Shown: positions 62,148 to 64,000 of the stretch, piece by piece
Position numbering within the stretch: the first letter of the stretch is position 1
Layout: every line of letters starts with the position of its first letter
DNA from: Alphaproteobacteria bacterium
GTDB lineage: Bacteria > Pseudomonadota > Alphaproteobacteria > SP197
Assembly (NCBI GenBank): GCA_964291265.2
Contig: OZ219747.1
Location: forward strand, 1,856,001-1,920,000
Direction of reading: 5' to 3'
Length of the DNA stretch: 64,000 nt
Position numbers and translations under genes: made by a program
The notes under the pieces: generated by a model
Told to the model about the DNA's origin: nothing
Database searches by the model: none
What the model saw: only the letters and a program-made list of their open reading frames with translations

Positions 62148-64000
62148 GTGTGCCAGGCGAACTGGCGGAAGGTAGGGGGTGAAAGTCCCCTGAAACGAAG
62201 GAGTAACCAAACCACGTTTCTCCGCGAGCCGTGCGTCGGTTCCCGCGAGGGGGCAGGCGAAGCGTCGGTAGCGGTACGGATGGGCAGGGCTAATGAGCAC
62301 CGAAAAGTCCGTTGTTCGGGGTGCCGAGGCTTTCGCATCGGTCGAAGGCAACATCGCAGGCATCGATTTGGTGAGATGTCGGCGAGCCCCGCGGTGTCGG
62401 AGAACCCATGCACGTCCGCACGCCTTCTGTTGGGACCCTGGGAGGTCTTCGAACTATCCCGCCTGTCGTGGCGGGACCGTGTAGGGAAAGGAGAAAGCCG
62501 AAGCCTATGAGGAACGGTTTGAAGAAGTCGGATGGGGCCGTAAGACCGGTGAAGGCGGCGAACAAGGGAGCGTCAGCTTCTGCGGAGTCGCTGGAGGAAA
62601 GGGCCTCAACCAAGGGGAATCCGGGACGCCAAAGCACGCACCGAACGCAGTGTCGGGCAAGTGTGCCACAGGCGGCGGACCGGATACGGGAAGCTGCAGA
62701 GAGGAACCCGAAGGAGCGTCTCACTGCACTCTTCCATCACATTACGCCGGACGCGCTCCGGGCGGCCTACTTCGGTTTGAAGAAGGAAGCCTCGGCAGGT
62801 GTCGACGGCGTGACGTGGGCGGCGTATGGCGAGGGTCTGGACGAGCGCTTGCTTGATCTGCACTCGCGCCTGCATCGTGGGGGAGCGTACCGGGCGCCGC
62901 CGGTTCGGCGGGTTGAGATACCCAAGCCGGACGGCGGGACACGACCGCTCGGGATTGCCGCACTGGAGGACAAGATCGTCCAGAAGGCGGTTGTGGATGT
63001 GATCCTGACACCGATTTATGAGGTGGAGTTCCTTGGCTTCAGCTACGGGTTCCGACCGGGCCGAGGGGCGCATGACGCTCTCGACGCCCTGGCGTTCGGG
63101 ATCGAGCGGCGCAAGGTCAACTGGATAGTCGACGCGGACATTCAGGGGTACTTCGACACAATCCCGAGGGATTGGTTGATCAAGTTCCTGGAGCATCGCA
63201 TTGGCGACAGGCGGGTGATCCGTCTGATCCGCAAGTGGCTGAACGCTGGCGTCATGACCGACGGATCATGGAGCGACACCGGTGCGGGCACGCCTCAGGG
63301 CGCCATTGTCAGCCCCTGCCTGGCGAACGTGTTTCTGCACTACGTGCTCGATCTGTGGTTTCACAAGGCATGGCGTCCGAAGGTTCCGAACGGTAAAGCG
63401 ATCATTGTCCGCTACGCGGACGATATTGTGGTCGGGTTCCAGCATAAGCGGGATGCGGAGACATACCTTCGCGACGTTCGGGAGAGGCTGGACCGCTTTG
63501 GTCTCACCCTTCACCCGGACAAGACCCGTCTCGTTGAGTTTGGACGGTTTGCCAAGGCGAACCGGCGATCTCGCGGGGCGGGCAGGCCGGAGACGTTCGA
63601 CTTCCTGGGCTTCACGCACTTCTGCACGGAGACCCGGAGAGGACGCTTCAGGCTTGGTCGCAAGCCGGTCGCAAAACGGGTCGCAAGGACCCTGGCGCGC
63701 ATCGAGGAGGTGCTTCGCAATCGACGGCATCACGACATATGGGAGGTCGGCATGTGGCTTGGGCGAGTTGTCAATGGCTGGTCCAACTACTTCGCCGTTC
63801 CGGGGTCGACCCGATGGCTGCGCACGTTCCGCCAAAGGCTGCAACGCCTATGGCTGCGAGCGATCCGCCGCCGCTCCCAGCGCCACTGCTTTGACTGGAA
63901 GCGATTGGAGCGCATGACCGAGCTTCTTTGGCCGCGCGTCTCCATCCGCCACCCATGGCCGGACCAGCGGTTTACCGTCAAGCACCCGAGGTAGGAGCCG
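62148..64000 (+). mobile_element. Group II intron, full-length copy (runs off the window)
   Basis: Apparently identical to 55843 onward; inserted after GATGCG. Confidence 0.95.
62507..63994 (+). CDS. ltrA: Group II intron reverse transcriptase/maturase
   Basis: Same protein as 56202-57689. Confidence 0.95.
   Translation: MRNGLKKSDGAVRPVKAANKGASASAESLEERASTKGNPGRQSTHRTQCRASVPQAADRIREAAERNPKERLTALFHHITPDALRAAYFGLKKEASAGVDGVTWAAYGEGLDERLLDLHSRLHRGGAYRAPPVRRVEIPKPDGGTRPLGIAALEDKIVQKAVVDVILTPIYEVEFLGFSYGFRPGRGAHDALDALAFGIERRKVNWIVDADIQGYFDTIPRDWLIKFLEHRIGDRRVIRLIRKWLNAGVMTDGSWSDTGAGTPQGAIVSPCLANVFLHYVLDLWFHKAWRPKVPNGKAIIVRYADDIVVGFQHKRDAETYLRDVRERLDRFGLTLHPDKTRLVEFGRFAKANRRSRGAGRPETFDFLGFTHFCTETRRGRFRLGRKPVAKRVARTLARIEEVLRNRRHHDIWEVGMWLGRVVNGWSNYFAVPGSTRWLRTFRQRLQRLWLRAIRRRSQRHCFDWKRLERMTELLWPRVSIRHPWPDQRFTVKHPR

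Overview
GC-rich bacterial DNA, probably alphaproteobacterial (inferred from gene content). Ordinary metabolic blocks include a taurine/sulfonate-type ABC transporter, cysQ, a flavin oxidoreductase, a polyamine-type ABC cluster with a Rieske oxygenase, a sulfatase and methyltransferase, selB-selA, an acyl-CoA ligase, a hydantoin/cyclic-amide utilisation operon and yaaA. These are mixed with many nested mobile elements. (1) Two copies of a 2223-bp IS66-family element, each with an 8-bp TSD and each interrupted by a group II intron. (2) Three copies of that intron, two full-length with an RT and one 660-bp ORF-less copy with a different EBS2; all sit after ATGCG, two in IS66 transposases and one in a DUF4338 gene. 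(3) A 5344-bp IS21-family element with IRs and a 5-bp TSD that carries a Zn-finger ORF, istA, istB, a translationally coupled Toprim/primase-like gene and a small helical ORF; it is inserted into a DUF4338-ISAs1 fusion transposase. (4) Three ~125-bp IS66-type MITEs. (5) An Rpn gene with a likely internal antitoxin start and a lower-GC RES-Xre module. The best candidates for new biology are the primase-carrying IS21 element, the intron family that targets and may splice-control transposases, and the repeated coupling of DUF4338 to unrelated transposases. All family assignments come from motif recognition by eye; no database search was run.
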